DNA of 64,000 nucleotides from Candidatus Krumholzibacteriia bacterium (GCA_050174015.1 JBFXKG010000001.1:96001-160000); one strand, 5' to 3'. Positions 49,240 through 59,453 are shown, numbered from the stretch's first letter. Notes: generated from the sequence alone by a model not told the origin. Translations and numbers: made by a program.

Positions 49240-50075
49240 GCGTGGACGGCAGCCTCTGCAGAAAAATCCAGGAAGGAGACCACCGCGAGCGCCGGGACCA
49301 GTCGGCCGTCGCCCACGTGGCGGACTGCCCGTCCTGCCGGGCCCACCTGGAAGGGGTCGCGGTCCTGGGGGACCGGCTGCGGGCGCTGCCGGGGTCCCGG
49401 GCCGTCATGCCCTCGTCGCTCAAGGTGAAGCTGCTGGGAAGCCTCGATGCCGAGCGGCCTAAGGGTGGAACCGCCGCGCCCCGAGGCGTCGTCCTGCCCC
49501 TGCTGCCCCGCTGGCGCAAGTTGATCTATCCCACGGCGCTCGCCGCCTCGCTGGTGCTGGGTTTCATCTCGGGCGGCCGCTACGTCCTGGGCGACTTCGG
49601 CGGCAAAACCCAGGTCGAACGCACAATCGGGATGTACATTCAGGACGTCACCCACGACCACTACCTGATCGAACGCATCGGCCGGCCCCTGGAGGTCGCC
49701 ATGTCCGACGAGGCGGACCTTTCGGCGTGGCTGAGCGAGTCCCTCAGCTTTCCCATCGAATTGCCGCAGACCGGGAACGAATTCGCCCTGGAAGGCGGGC
49801 GCGTCTGGCACACGGTCGGCCGGTTGTCCGCCATGGCCTCCTACCTTGGCGGGGACGGTTCGCGCAGCATCCTGTTCGGGGTGCCCGCGGCCAACCTCGA
49901 ACTGAAGGGTGCCGACTCGACGGTCATCGACGGCCGCACGGTCTTCCTGGGAGAGGCCTGGGGCCGGGAGGCCCGGGTGTGGATCGAGGGCGACCTTGCC
50001 CTGGCCCTGGTCGCTCACAAGGGCAAGCTGCCCGCGATCTGGTCCACGGAATTCCTGGGACGCGTGAATCCCTGA
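49236..50075 (+). CDS. Membrane-anchored zinc-binding anti-sigma factor
   Basis: HVADCPSC (HX3CX2C), one TM, extracytoplasmic domain with LEGGR; GTGA overlap with the sigma gene. Confidence 0.85.
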   Translation: MSVDGSLCRKIQEGDHRERRDQSAVAHVADCPSCRAHLEGVAVLGDRLRALPGSRAVMPSSLKVKLLGSLDAERPKGGTAAPRGVVLPLLPRWRKLIYPTALAASLVLGFISGGRYVLGDFGGKTQVERTIGMYIQDVTHDHYLIERIGRPLEVAMSDEADLSAWLSESLSFPIELPQTGNEFALEGGRVWHTVGRLSAMASYLGGDGSRSILFGVPAANLELKGADSTVIDGRTVFLGEAWGREARVWIEGDLALALVAHKGKLPAIWSTEFLGRVNP

Positions 50076-50091
50076 TCCAGGGCGGCCCCCG

Positions 50092-51105
50092 TCACGACCA
50101 GCTGGGCGCATCCACCAGCCGGTTCCCTTCCTGGTCCATCACCGCGTACTGGAAGCCCGGCAGGATGGCGAACGAGCCGATCCGGCCCTTGCGGTCGAAC
50201 GCCAGGTAACCCACCTGCAGGTCGCGCCACGCCGGGTTCTTACGCACGATCCGGGCGATGGCCTCGTGGCAGGCCTCGGCCGGGCTCATGCCCTGCCTCA
50301 TCAGTTCCACGATGAGGAAGCTGCCGACCGTCTTCATGACCTCTTCACCGACGCCCGTGGCGCAGGCCGCGCCCACCTCGTTGTCCACGAACAGGGCCGC
50401 TCCGATGATGGGACTGTCGCCCACCCGGCCGTGCATCTTGTAGGCGAGCCCGCTGGTCGTGCAGGCTCCGCTGAGGTCGCCGCCCCGATCCATGGCCAGC
50501 ATGCTGATGGTGTCGTGGCTGGGGTCGGAGGCCGGAGCCCAGGGATGGTACTCCGCCGTCTTAAGCCATTCCTTCCAGCCCCGTTCGGCGCGGGGGGTCA
50601 GGAGATTTTGGGGCTGGAACCCGTTCTCCTCGGCGAAATGGCGGGCGCCCTGGCCCACCAGCATGACGTGGGGGGTCTTCTCCATCACCAGGCGAGCCAC
50701 CGAGATGGGATGCATGATGTCCTGCAGGAAAGCGACCGAGCCGGCGTTCCCGTGCTGGTCCATGATGCAGGCGTCGAGGGTGACGTGGCCCTCGCGGTCG
50801 GGTCGGCCGCCGTAGCCGACCGAATCGACCTCTGGGTCGGCCTCGGTGACCCTCACCCCTGATTCCACAGCGTCCAGCGCCGGGCCTCCCCGGGACAGGA
50901 TCTCCCAGGCCGCCCGGTTGGCGGGCAGCCCGTGGTTCCAGGTGCTCACCACGAAGGGCGCGTCCCGGGGCTGGTCGAGGGCGTCGGCGATGATCCCGGC
51001 GGTGGGCAAGGGGCGACCGGGATCCTGGCCCCGGCCCAGGCTCGCGGCGCCCAGGGCGGCCAGTCCGGCGCCGGTTCCGATGAGGAATTCTCTGCGTGTG
51101 GTCAT
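50092..51105 (-). CDS. Tat-exported N4-(beta-N-acetylglucosaminyl)-L-asparaginase (glycosylasparaginase)
   Basis: TTRREFL Tat motif, STWNHG, SVGYGG.PDREG.VTLDACIM, HD/T autocleavage site, GRVGDSPIIGA. Confidence 0.9.
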   Translation of the reverse strand: MTTRREFLIGTGAGLAALGAASLGRGQDPGRPLPTAGIIADALDQPRDAPFVVSTWNHGLPANRAAWEILSRGGPALDAVESGVRVTEADPEVDSVGYGGRPDREGHVTLDACIMDQHGNAGSVAFLQDIMHPISVARLVMEKTPHVMLVGQGARHFAEENGFQPQNLLTPRAERGWKEWLKTAEYHPWAPASDPSHDTISMLAMDRGGDLSGACTTSGLAYKMHGRVGDSPIIGAALFVDNEVGAACATGVGEEVMKTVGSFLIVELMRQGMSPAEACHEAIARIVRKNPAWRDLQVGYLAFDRKGRIGSFAILPGFQYAVMDQEGNRLVDAPSWS

Positions 51106-53915
51106 TGGTCATCCTCGGTGGCTGGTTCCATGGCGACGGTGGCGATCTCATGGGGGGCCAGGGGAACGACGATCTGCCGTCCCCCCCGGACGACGGCCGC
51201 AGGGCCCCGGTCCAGCGGCAAGGGATCCTCGAGGATCCCGAGCTTTTCGGCATCGAGGGCGGCGAATCCCAGTTCCAGGCGCTCCACCGTGGGCGACGGA
51301 GATTGATTGTACATTCTGACGAGCAGGCGGCCACCCTTTTCCGCGCGGGTGATTGCGGTGATGGCGGTCCGGGGATCGGTCTTCTCCAGGAGGGATCGGC
51401 CCCCGGGGCGGCCGCCCTCGGCCACCCCCTGGCCGGTCAAGGGGGGCGTCCGGAACCGTTCGCTCGCTTCCCTGACTCCGGCTTCCAGGGGATCCCCGGA
51501 AAAAGGCATCACCGCATAATGGAAGACCTGGGTGTCGAGGCACTGCGCCCCCGGCGTGAAGAGGGTGGGACCGGCGTTGAGGTTGTTGCGCGTCGACAGG
51601 TCGTCCCGGGACAGCCAGTCGACGCACCGCAGGAGCGTCAGGGCGAAGACCGCCCCCCCGTCCGGGCAGGCCCAGGCCTCGAACTCGGGCAGGCCGCGGT
51701 TGAGGATGGCCAGGCCCTCCGATCCGTCCTCGAGGAGGCTGAAGTCCTGCTGGGGCCAGGTCGCGGGCGCCGGCTGGGTCCAGTTGTCGCCTCCGGGGCG
51801 CCCCAGGGGTCGCCGGTTCAGGTGGAAGTGGCCGTCCGAGACGACGTGGCCGGTTTCCAGTCCGGTGGGGAACCAGGCGCGCAGGCGGTGGTCGCGCGCC
51901 CGGTTGACGAACCGGGTCGTGACGTCCAGCCGGTCGCCGCCCGCATCCAGTTCGATGCGCACGGTCACGTCGCAGGGCACGGTCCGGTCCTCGCGACCCA
52001 GGCGATCGGGGCGCAGGGCGCGCGGCAGGCTCCAGCGGAATCGGGCCTCGATGGCGCCCTTGAGGCCCCCCGGGTCGAGGATGACGACCTTGCCCTCGCA
52101 GCCCGCGCTGAAGACCTGGCCGCCGGTGGGGCACGGACACCAGTCGTACTCGTCGCCGCGGTCCTCCCGGTCCTCCAGCAGGTTCAATCCGGGCCAGGTG
52201 CGGCCGCTGCGGCGGTCGCTGAGATCGATCGTGCCGTCGGGGTGCAGCACTGCGGCGATGATCCCGTTGTCCAGGATGGCGCCCCCGGCCGACCGGGAGA
52301 CCAGGACGGGAGCCACCGGTTCGGGCGGAGCGGGATGGCGGTCGTCGCGCAGGAAGAACCGGGCGTGCCCGCAGGCGGGCAGGTCGGCGGCCAGGAACCG
52401 CAGATGCACGAAGCAGTCCCGGGTGTCGCGGTCGGACGCGTCGCCCAGGATGCGGTCGCCGAACCGGTCGAGATAGACCTGCAGCTGGTCCAGCTGGTCG
52501 TCGCAGGACAGCTCCCTGCGGTAATCGATTCCCCAGAACCTCTCGATGAAGCGGCGGTCGAGGATCTCGCAGGGGACGTCGCGGCCCTGTTCGTCCTCCA
52601 GGCGCAGATGGTCCAGGTCGTAGCCGAGAGGCTGCAGGACCAGCAGGCGGTCGACGACCTCGGACCGGCGGCTCGGCAGGGGGTTCAGGACCGTCACCAC
52701 GACGGTGCGGTCGTGCTCCTCCGTCGTCCCGAAGAGCGGGGCCAGCCGGTCCATGAAGCGCGACAGCCACTGCTCGGTGGTCTGGCGCACCGCAGCGAAG
52801 CGGGTCTCCATGTCCAGGTGGACCGCGTCGATGCTGCACCCGCAGATGGAATCGTGGGGGTGGTTCAGCAGCAGCGAGCGCCAGGCGTCCTGCAGGAGGC
52901 CCCCGGGCCAGGGGCCGCCGGCCAGGAAGTGTTCCCAGGCCGCCGCCGGTTCGAAACAGCGGGTCAGCAGCGTCTGGCAGCGCTCGTTCTGCTGCTTGAG
53001 GTACATCCGGGCGGACCACACGCCCGACAGGATGGGGTGATCGCGCGATCCGAGCAGTTCCCCCGCGTGGACGGCGCGTCGCTCGTCCGGGAGTTCCTCG
53101 CGGGCAGCAGCGAGGAAGTCGATGAAGGATCCGTGCCGCCATTCGGTGGAAGGGTAGGCCTCGGCGAGGGCAGCCATGACGGTCCCGAAGTCCTGCTGGG
53201 GAGGGAAGTGGTCGCAGCCGTTGTTCAAAAGGGCGGGTTCGGCGCCCGGCCGGCCGGCCATCGCGGCGAACAGGGTGCCCACGCGTTCGATAGCCCGGGG
53301 GATCTCGACCTTGCGCCGCGTGTGGGCGTGCCAGATCTCCGCGAAGCCCAGGCCCCCGGCGTTGCAGTAGCCTTCGCACTGGTTGACGGCCAGGACCTCG
53401 GAGCCGTCGGGGGCGGCCCAGCGGAAGATCCAGCCCAGTTCCGCCGCCTCCTCGCCCAGGCCGCGGGTGAAGATGAAGCTGTCGATACCTGCGAGCCGCA
53501 GGATCTGGGGCAGCTGGGCGACGTGGCCGAAGCTGTCGGGCATGTACCCGACCGCCTGGATGCGCCCCTCGGCCGCCGGGGTCCAGGCGCCGAATCGGAG
53601 GTTGCGGACGGTGGCCTCGCCCGAGACCAGGAACTCGTCGGGCAGGATGAACCAGGGCCCGACGGAGAGTCTGCCGGCGCGGATCAGGCTGCGCACCCGC
53701 TCGGTGCGCTCGGGGACCGTGGCCAGGTAGTCCTCCAGGACGGCGGTCTGCCCGTCCAGGACGAAGTGCCGGTAGGCGGGATCGCCGTCCAGCGCGTCGA
53801 GGATGCGATCCACCGCGGCCACCAGGTCCACGTGGAAGCGGTGCCGGGTCCGGTACCACTCGCGATCCCAGTGGGTGTGCGACACCAGGAAGGCGCGGCG
53901 GGGGGGCGCCACCAC
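51102..53915 (-). CDS. GH38 alpha-mannosidase (MngB-like)
   Basis: VSHTHWDREWY, LDGQT, PDSFGH, NGCDH, HPHDSICGCS. Confidence 0.92.
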   Translation of the reverse strand: MVAPPRRAFLVSHTHWDREWYRTRHRFHVDLVAAVDRILDALDGDPAYRHFVLDGQTAVLEDYLATVPERTERVRSLIRAGRLSVGPWFILPDEFLVSGEATVRNLRFGAWTPAAEGRIQAVGYMPDSFGHVAQLPQILRLAGIDSFIFTRGLGEEAAELGWIFRWAAPDGSEVLAVNQCEGYCNAGGLGFAEIWHAHTRRKVEIPRAIERVGTLFAAMAGRPGAEPALLNNGCDHFPPQQDFGTVMAALAEAYPSTEWRHGSFIDFLAAAREELPDERRAVHAGELLGSRDHPILSGVWSARMYLKQQNERCQTLLTRCFEPAAAWEHFLAGGPWPGGLLQDAWRSLLLNHPHDSICGCSIDAVHLDMETRFAAVRQTTEQWLSRFMDRLAPLFGTTEEHDRTVVVTVLNPLPSRRSEVVDRLLVLQPLGYDLDHLRLEDEQGRDVPCEILDRRFIERFWGIDYRRELSCDDQLDQLQVYLDRFGDRILGDASDRDTRDCFVHLRFLAADLPACGHARFFLRDDRHPAPPEPVAPVLVSRSAGGAILDNGIIAAVLHPDGTIDLSDRRSGRTWPGLNLLEDREDRGDEYDWCPCPTGGQVFSAGCEGKVVILDPGGLKGAIEARFRWSLPRALRPDRLGREDRTVPCDVTVRIELDAGGDRLDVTTRFVNRARDHRLRAWFPTGLETGHVVSDGHFHLNRRPLGRPGGDNWTQPAPATWPQQDFSLLEDGSEGLAILNRGLPEFEAWACPDGGAVFALTLLRCVDWLSRDDLSTRNNLNAGPTLFTPGAQCLDTQVFHYAVMPFSGDPLEAGVREASERFRTPPLTGQGVAEGGRPGGRSLLEKTDPRTAITAITRAEKGGRLLVRMYNQSPSPTVERLELGFAALDAEKLGILEDPLPLDRGPAAVVRGGRQIVVPLAPHEIATVAMEPATEDDQ

Positions 53916-53916
53916 G

Positions 53917-54939
53917 TCACTCCCCTTCGGCCCGGCGCTTCACGGGTCTGCAGGCGGCCACGAGCCGGTCCAGGGACGAGACCGCATAGCCCACGGTCGT
54001 GTCGGCTGCGCCGTAGAAGAGGTGGACGCGGCTCTCGGCCAGGAACATCCCCGAGGGGAAGACGACGTTGGGGACCTGCCCGGTCAGCTCCCACAGCTCG
54101 CGGGGCTCCAGGAGGTTCTCGTCCGTCCGGGCCAGGACCAGGGTGGGGTCGTCGCGGTCCAGCAGGACGGCGCCCACCTGGTAGATGTTGGCGGCCTGGA
54201 AGTGCGTGGCCACGCCGTGGTAGAGGTGGAGCCAGCCATGCTCCGTGAACACGGGCGGCGGCCCCGAGCCGATCAGCTCGTCCCAGAAGTGGGGGCGGCC
54301 CTTCAGGACCACGCCCTCGGGGCGCCAGTGGACCAGGTCCGGCGAACTGCTCAGGACGATGGCGTCCCCGGTGGCCGGCATGTCACGGTGGATCTTCTTG
54401 TTCGGCCTTTCCAGGAGCAGGTAACGGCCGTCCTGGCGGACGGGGAACAGCACGCCGTTGCGCGTGTCGTGGTCGCCGACGAAGCCGATGAGTTCCAGCC
54501 TCTCCAGTCCCGCGAAATCCCCGGCGCGGGATCCGGCGGCGCGCCAGATCGCCAGGCGGCAGCCGCCCTCGGTGTCCACGGCCGTGGTGACCAGGAGTTC
54601 CCCGTCGAGCATGGTGATGCGGGGGTCGTAGACGTGGAAGACGCGCATGGCCGGCATGCCCAGTGGGCTCCAGGAATCCTGCAGGCCCACGAATTCCACG
54701 GGGTGCTCGGCGATGCGGAAGGGCTTGCCCGGCCGGGTGGCCGCCGGCACGGTGAAGGTCCGGCGTCCACGCGTCTGGACGCGCAGCAGCAGGATCACGC
54801 GCCCCGGGGAACCGTCGTCCTGGGGCAGCATGACGGCCCCGGGGTTGAAGACGCTGCTGGGATCGGTGATGTGCGGGGGCATGGCCGGGATGTCGTGCCG
54901 GCTCAGCAAGGGCCCCGTCCCGCGGCGGCGGAACGTCAT
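53917..54939 (-). CDS. GH130 mannoside phosphorylase/hydrolase
   Basis: VFNPGA, YDPRIT, RNGVLFP, GSGPPP, LYHGV, GQVPNVVFP, YGAADT. Confidence 0.9.
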   Translation of the reverse strand: MTFRRRGTGPLLSRHDIPAMPPHITDPSSVFNPGAVMLPQDDGSPGRVILLLRVQTRGRRTFTVPAATRPGKPFRIAEHPVEFVGLQDSWSPLGMPAMRVFHVYDPRITMLDGELLVTTAVDTEGGCRLAIWRAAGSRAGDFAGLERLELIGFVGDHDTRNGVLFPVRQDGRYLLLERPNKKIHRDMPATGDAIVLSSSPDLVHWRPEGVVLKGRPHFWDELIGSGPPPVFTEHGWLHLYHGVATHFQAANIYQVGAVLLDRDDPTLVLARTDENLLEPRELWELTGQVPNVVFPSGMFLAESRVHLFYGAADTTVGYAVSSLDRLVAACRPVKRRAEGE

Positions 54940-56099
54940 GGTCTGACGCCACTTTCTCCGGCGGGTCCAGGAACGCCCTCGAGGGGAGCGCGCACCAGCC
55001 GTCCGGTCTTGTCGATGGTGAATGAACCGTTTGCGGTGGTCAGGACGGCGTGGAACAGATCGTCCTGGCCGTGCATCCGCAGCCGGGAGCGCGGAGGATC
55101 CTCCAGCAAGACGAGGCCGGGATCGAGGGGGACGAGTTCACCGAGCGACCCGGCGAAGCTGCCGTGGCGTTCGTGGTGCTCGCGCTGGGCGTAGTAGAGG
55201 GGCATCAATGCCTGGGCGTCGGCGATGCTGAGGTGCTCGGGGGAACCGTCGAACGGGCCGGCCTCACGGCCGGCCATGAACATCACCTCGCCCCACATCT
55301 CGGGGTAGTGCATGGCGATCAGACCCTGGGGGGACCAGACCCAGTTGTGCTCGGGCAGGGGACGGCCCCCGGCGGCGAGGCGCTTGGCGTAGGCCCCGTC
55401 CTCGACCTCGAGATCCCACTGGACCCGCGAGAAGTTCACCCGCCAGACGTCGCCGGGGCGGGGCGGGGAGGGCCGGCCGGCGCATTCGGCCAGCACGGCC
55501 CAGGGGATGGCGATCTCCACCGACCAGCCCGCGTCCGCGTCCCGGGGATCGTTCAGGGTTCCTTCCAGGCTGACGGCCGTCCTCAGGCCCTGGATGTCCC
55601 AGGCATTCACCGCGGGGGCCCCGTCGCGGTAAGGCTTGACCAGCAACAGGTCCCACTCGGTGCCCAGGGCGTTGATCTCCAGCTCGTAGTAGAGGTGGTT
55701 GTCGCCGTCGGGATCGATGAAGACCTCGAAGTCGTTGTCGTGGTAGATGACCGAATCCCGCTCGCGAAGTGTGGCCCACAGATGGGGTTCCTCGAGCTCG
55801 GCGCCGACGTAGAAGAAGCGGTCGTCCCAGATCATCTTGGCCCGCGTGGCGAACCGGGGCGTGGGCCGGGCGGGACCCTCGATGTCCACGAAGGGGTCGC
55901 TCCAGGGAGCGGCGTCCCATGCGGAATCGTCCAGGGACCCGTCGATGACCGGGGGGACGGCCACGGCCGCACAAAGGTACTGCCGCGGCTCGAAGGCGAT
56001 GGCAGGCCGCGGGAAGGCGCCCGCTGCGGGCGCCTCGTGAAGGAGAATCCCTACGAGGACCAGCGCGGGGGCGACGACGTGGGAACTGTGCATGCGCAT
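54936..56099 (-). CDS. Secreted CBM9-like/DOMON carbohydrate-binding protein
   Basis: PVIDGSLDD..W, FVDIEG, YHDNDFEVFIDP, WSVEIAIPW, WRVNFSRVQW, NWVWSPQG..MHYPE.WG. Confidence 0.85.
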   Translation of the reverse strand: MRMHSSHVVAPALVLVGILLHEAPAAGAFPRPAIAFEPRQYLCAAVAVPPVIDGSLDDSAWDAAPWSDPFVDIEGPARPTPRFATRAKMIWDDRFFYVGAELEEPHLWATLRERDSVIYHDNDFEVFIDPDGDNHLYYELEINALGTEWDLLLVKPYRDGAPAVNAWDIQGLRTAVSLEGTLNDPRDADAGWSVEIAIPWAVLAECAGRPSPPRPGDVWRVNFSRVQWDLEVEDGAYAKRLAAGGRPLPEHNWVWSPQGLIAMHYPEMWGEVMFMAGREAGPFDGSPEHLSIADAQALMPLYYAQREHHERHGSFAGSLGELVPLDPGLVLLEDPPRSRLRMHGQDDLFHAVLTTANGSFTIDKTGRLVRAPLEGVPGPAGESGVRP

Positions 56100-56298
56100 G
56101 GGGAAGATGCCAACCGCTCCTTGCCCTTGGGGTCGACCGGACGGGATCCTAGCACGGGAACGCCGCCCCGTCACCTTCCTGGTGGCCCCATGGCCCCGGG
56201 ATTCGCGGCCGGGAAAGGGCTGGATGGTAGAAATCGCTGCGGATTTGTGGTTTAATTATGGGATGGGGTTCAGGTTCTCAACTTTGAAGGGACGACAG

Positions 56299-58608
56299 TT
56301 GGCCCCGAGGTTCTCCGGGAGGCAATCCCCGGTCCGCCCATCCCTGCCGTTGGTGCTTCTGACCGGGCTGGTCCTGTCCGCCGCCGGGCCGGCGCTCGGG
56401 ACCGCCACCCCCCCGGTGCGGATCACCGTGGATGCGGTCCTGGGGGAGTTCCAGGAACTCGGCAACGTCCTGGGTCTCGAGGAAGGGGCCGGGATCGGCT
56501 TCGATCCGGCCCTGGATGCCCCTGAACCCGCCCCGCCCCCCGCCCGGTATCTGAGCGTCTACTTCCCCCACCCCGACTGGCCCCTGGGCCACCGCTACCT
56601 GCGGGACATCCAGGCTCCGGTGGCAGATGGGGCGGTCTGGCGGCGCTGGCGCCTGCGTCTGGAGACCGATCAGCAGGGCGCGGTCACCCTGGACTTTTCC
56701 CATGATCTGGTGGACCCCGCCGCATGGCGGCTGATCCTGCAGGACGTCGTCACGGGACGGCGCAGGAACCTGCTCCGCAATCCGGTCGTGGAATTTTCCC
56801 AGTCCCCGGGGGCCAGGGAATTCGACGTCCTGCTCATGCCCAGGACCCCGGAGGGGTTCACCCTGACGGTGGCCGGATCGTCGGGGGCCCTGACCGACGC
56901 CGGGGTTCTCATCGGCACCGAGGTCGGCGCCACCGACGGGTTCGACGGCGCGTTGGACGCTCCCCGTCCCGCTCCCCCGCCGACCGGCTTTCTGCAACTG
57001 GATCTCGAACACCCGGATTGGCCCCTGGGCTGGCGTTACGGGGTCGATTTGCGCGCACCGTTCGATCCCGCCCTGGACCGGGCGCGATGGCCGCTTGTGG
57101 TGGAGACCGACCAGACCGGGCCGGTCAACCTCACGTTCGCCCCTTCGTTCCTGCCGATCCCGGAGGTCAACCTGGCCCTGCTGGACCTGGTGACGGGGAT
57201 CGTCCACGATCTGCAGCCTTCCCTCGCGCACACCTTCATTCCCGGTGGCGGCCTGCACCGTTTCGAGATCCTGGTGGGAGGCCCGGCGCTGCCGCCTCCG
57301 GCCCCTGTCGAGATTCCGGTCCCGGCCGGGTATTCCCTGCTCGGGTTCCCGCGCGTGCCGCCTCCGGATCTGGCCACCCTGGCCGACGTCCTGCTGGACC
57401 AGGCGCCTCCGGGAACGAAGGTCTTCGGGTTCGTGGACGGCTTCGGCTATGAAGAACTGTCCCCCGGGGAACCGGTGGCCGCGGGCTCGGGATGGTGGAT
57501 CGAGAGCCCCGGTCCCTTCACCTGGGTCCCGCCGGGCGAACGGGCGATCTCACCCGTGGAGGTTCCCCTGCAGGCAGGCTGGAACCTCGTCGGCTCCCCC
57601 TTGTGGTTTCCCGGCGACCTGGAAGACGTCGAGGTGGTGCAGGACGGCGCGTCCCACCCCTTCTGGGGTGCGGTCAAGCTGGGCCTGGTTCACGGCGGCG
57701 TCTTCGGTCATGCGCAGGATGGTGCCCCCTGCATTTCGGTCGGCACCCTGGAACCCGGGACCGGGTGCTGGATCGCAGCTCTCGAACCCGGCCTCGTCCT
57801 GCGCTTCGATCATGCCGCATTCCTGTGGGGCGAGGACGCTCCCGGCCCGCCCCGCGACGACGGCGCCCCCTGGCTCGAGCGCTGGCGGATCCCCCTGGCC
57901 GTGGGGGACGGCGCCGGCGTGACCGCGGGCATGATGTTCGGGGTTGGTCCCTCGGCGAAGGACGGGCTCGATGTCCTGTGGGATCAACTCGCACCTCCCG
58001 CGCCTCCTGGCGGAGTCGAGCCATCCGCCTGGCTGAACCGCGGGGGCCGGCGGTTGCTTCGCGATCTGACCAGCCCCTGGGACGAGATCCTGCAGTGGGA
58101 GGTCACGGTCCGCCGGACCGCGGCCGGGGCCGTCACGCTCGCCTGGAATCCGGAACTGCTGCCCTGGTGCGTGGACCTGGGGATCCTGCGGGCCGGGGAT
58201 GGACGGGTGATCGTCCCCAGCATGCAGGACGTCGGGTCCGTCACCCTGACCATGCCCGCGGGGGTGGAGTCCCTCATCATCAAGCAGGTGGACGGGGCCG
58301 CCGACAAGGCCTCGGTTCCTGCGCCGGCGTCTGGGCTGGGGGCCTTCCCGAATCCCTTCAATCCGCTGACGACCATCCGTTTCTTCCTGAAGGAACCGGG
58401 ACCGGCGAGCCTGCAGATCGTCGATTTGCGCGGCCGGAGCATCACCGGCTGGACCTGGGAGGATTTGCCGGCGGGATCCCATTCCACCCAATGGAACGGT
58501 CTGGACGCCGCGGGACGGCCCGTCCCGAGCGGAACCTACCTGGGATTCCTGAAGACCCCAGGAAACGCCGGCGAATCCGTTTCCTGCAGGATGAATCTGG
58601 TGCGGTGA
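56299..58608 (+). CDS. Secreted FlgD-Ig-tail protein homologous to the C-terminal stalk of the giant subtilase (TTG start inferred)
   Basis: AAGGGA before TTG; signal-like LVLLTGLVLSAAGPALG; repeated GFD..LDAP.P.PPP....HPDWP; GWNLVG.PLWFP; PNPFNP tail. Confidence 0.75.
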   Translation: MAPRFSGRQSPVRPSLPLVLLTGLVLSAAGPALGTATPPVRITVDAVLGEFQELGNVLGLEEGAGIGFDPALDAPEPAPPPARYLSVYFPHPDWPLGHRYLRDIQAPVADGAVWRRWRLRLETDQQGAVTLDFSHDLVDPAAWRLILQDVVTGRRRNLLRNPVVEFSQSPGAREFDVLLMPRTPEGFTLTVAGSSGALTDAGVLIGTEVGATDGFDGALDAPRPAPPPTGFLQLDLEHPDWPLGWRYGVDLRAPFDPALDRARWPLVVETDQTGPVNLTFAPSFLPIPEVNLALLDLVTGIVHDLQPSLAHTFIPGGGLHRFEILVGGPALPPPAPVEIPVPAGYSLLGFPRVPPPDLATLADVLLDQAPPGTKVFGFVDGFGYEELSPGEPVAAGSGWWIESPGPFTWVPPGERAISPVEVPLQAGWNLVGSPLWFPGDLEDVEVVQDGASHPFWGAVKLGLVHGGVFGHAQDGAPCISVGTLEPGTGCWIAALEPGLVLRFDHAAFLWGEDAPGPPRDDGAPWLERWRIPLAVGDGAGVTAGMMFGVGPSAKDGLDVLWDQLAPPAPPGGVEPSAWLNRGGRRLLRDLTSPWDEILQWEVTVRRTAAGAVTLAWNPELLPWCVDLGILRAGDGRVIVPSMQDVGSVTLTMPAGVESLIIKQVDGAADKASVPAPASGLGAFPNPFNPLTTIRFFLKEPGPASLQIVDLRGRSITGWTWEDLPAGSHSTQWNGLDAAGRPVPSGTYLGFLKTPGNAGESVSCRMNLVR

Positions 58609-58743
58609 TTGCATGGGTGAAATCAATTTGTAATTTTTCAATGCTTTTCGAATGAATTCTGTTGCGATTAACATTCATTTTTGATAGTCTCTTGGCTCCA
58701 ACATGCCACCTTGTTTTTTTCCTTTGCTTTCGGGGGGGTCACC

Positions 58744-59340
58744 ATGAAACGCTTCTCGCTCATGACGGCAAGCTTGCTCTTGCTTCTTTTGCCTTTCGCA
58801 GCCCAGGCTGAGTGCTTCATCGGCGGGAACATCGAGGCCGTGGAGAATCCGGATCCGTTCGGCCCGGCCTGGGTCTACACCCTGACGGTGACCTGGGACA
58901 ACGACGTCCGCTTCGACCTGAGCCACATGGACCTTCTGCTGGATGCGGTGGGCGGCAACTGCACCCAGGCCGATTTCTCCAGCATCCTGTCCTGGGGCGA
59001 TCCCATCGGCTCCTCCGACGGCAACGGCGGCTGCACGGTCCACTACCAGGCCGAGCTGACCGCCAACGGAGATCCCAGCATTCCGGACGTGACGGGGATC
59101 CTGCTGAAGTTCGAGCCTTACGAGGACGGCTGCGAGCCCGACAACGTGGGCACCGCCACCTTCGTGTTCTACTCGGATCTCGCCCCGGTCCCCGTGGACG
59201 AGGAGATCCTCTCCCTGGTCGACAAGTTCGCCGGTCAGTACTGCTTCGGGAACTTGACCGGGTCCTTCCCCGGCATGGACTGCGACCCGGTGGACAGCGA
59301 AGCCGTGAACTGGGGCTCGGTGAAGGGCATCTTCCGGTAA
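58744..59340 (+). CDS. Secreted Cys-rich acidic protein with NWGSVKGIFR tail
   Basis: Signal peptide ending AQA; close paralog of 59531. Confidence 0.82.
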   Translation: MKRFSLMTASLLLLLLPFAAQAECFIGGNIEAVENPDPFGPAWVYTLTVTWDNDVRFDLSHMDLLLDAVGGNCTQADFSSILSWGDPIGSSDGNGGCTVHYQAELTANGDPSIPDVTGILLKFEPYEDGCEPDNVGTATFVFYSDLAPVPVDEEILSLVDKFAGQYCFGNLTGSFPGMDCDPVDSEAVNWGSVKGIFR

Positions 59341-59363
59341 ATCGCTGATTTTCAAGTTGTTAT

Positions 59364-59387
59364 GCGCCCCCGGAACGGGGGCGCTTT
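59364..59387 (+). terminator. Probable intrinsic terminator
   Basis: GCGCCCCCG-GAA-CGGGGGCGC followed by TTT. Confidence 0.6.
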
Positions 59388-59423
59388 CAATTTCGCAACT
59401 ATTATCCCGATCGGCAAGAAAAA

Positions 59424-59453
59424 TTGACATTTCATGGAGCCTGGTGATATAAT
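59424..59453 (+). promoter_or_regulatory. Consensus sigma-70 promoter
   Basis: TTGACA-N18-TATAAT with extended TG. Confidence 0.75.
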
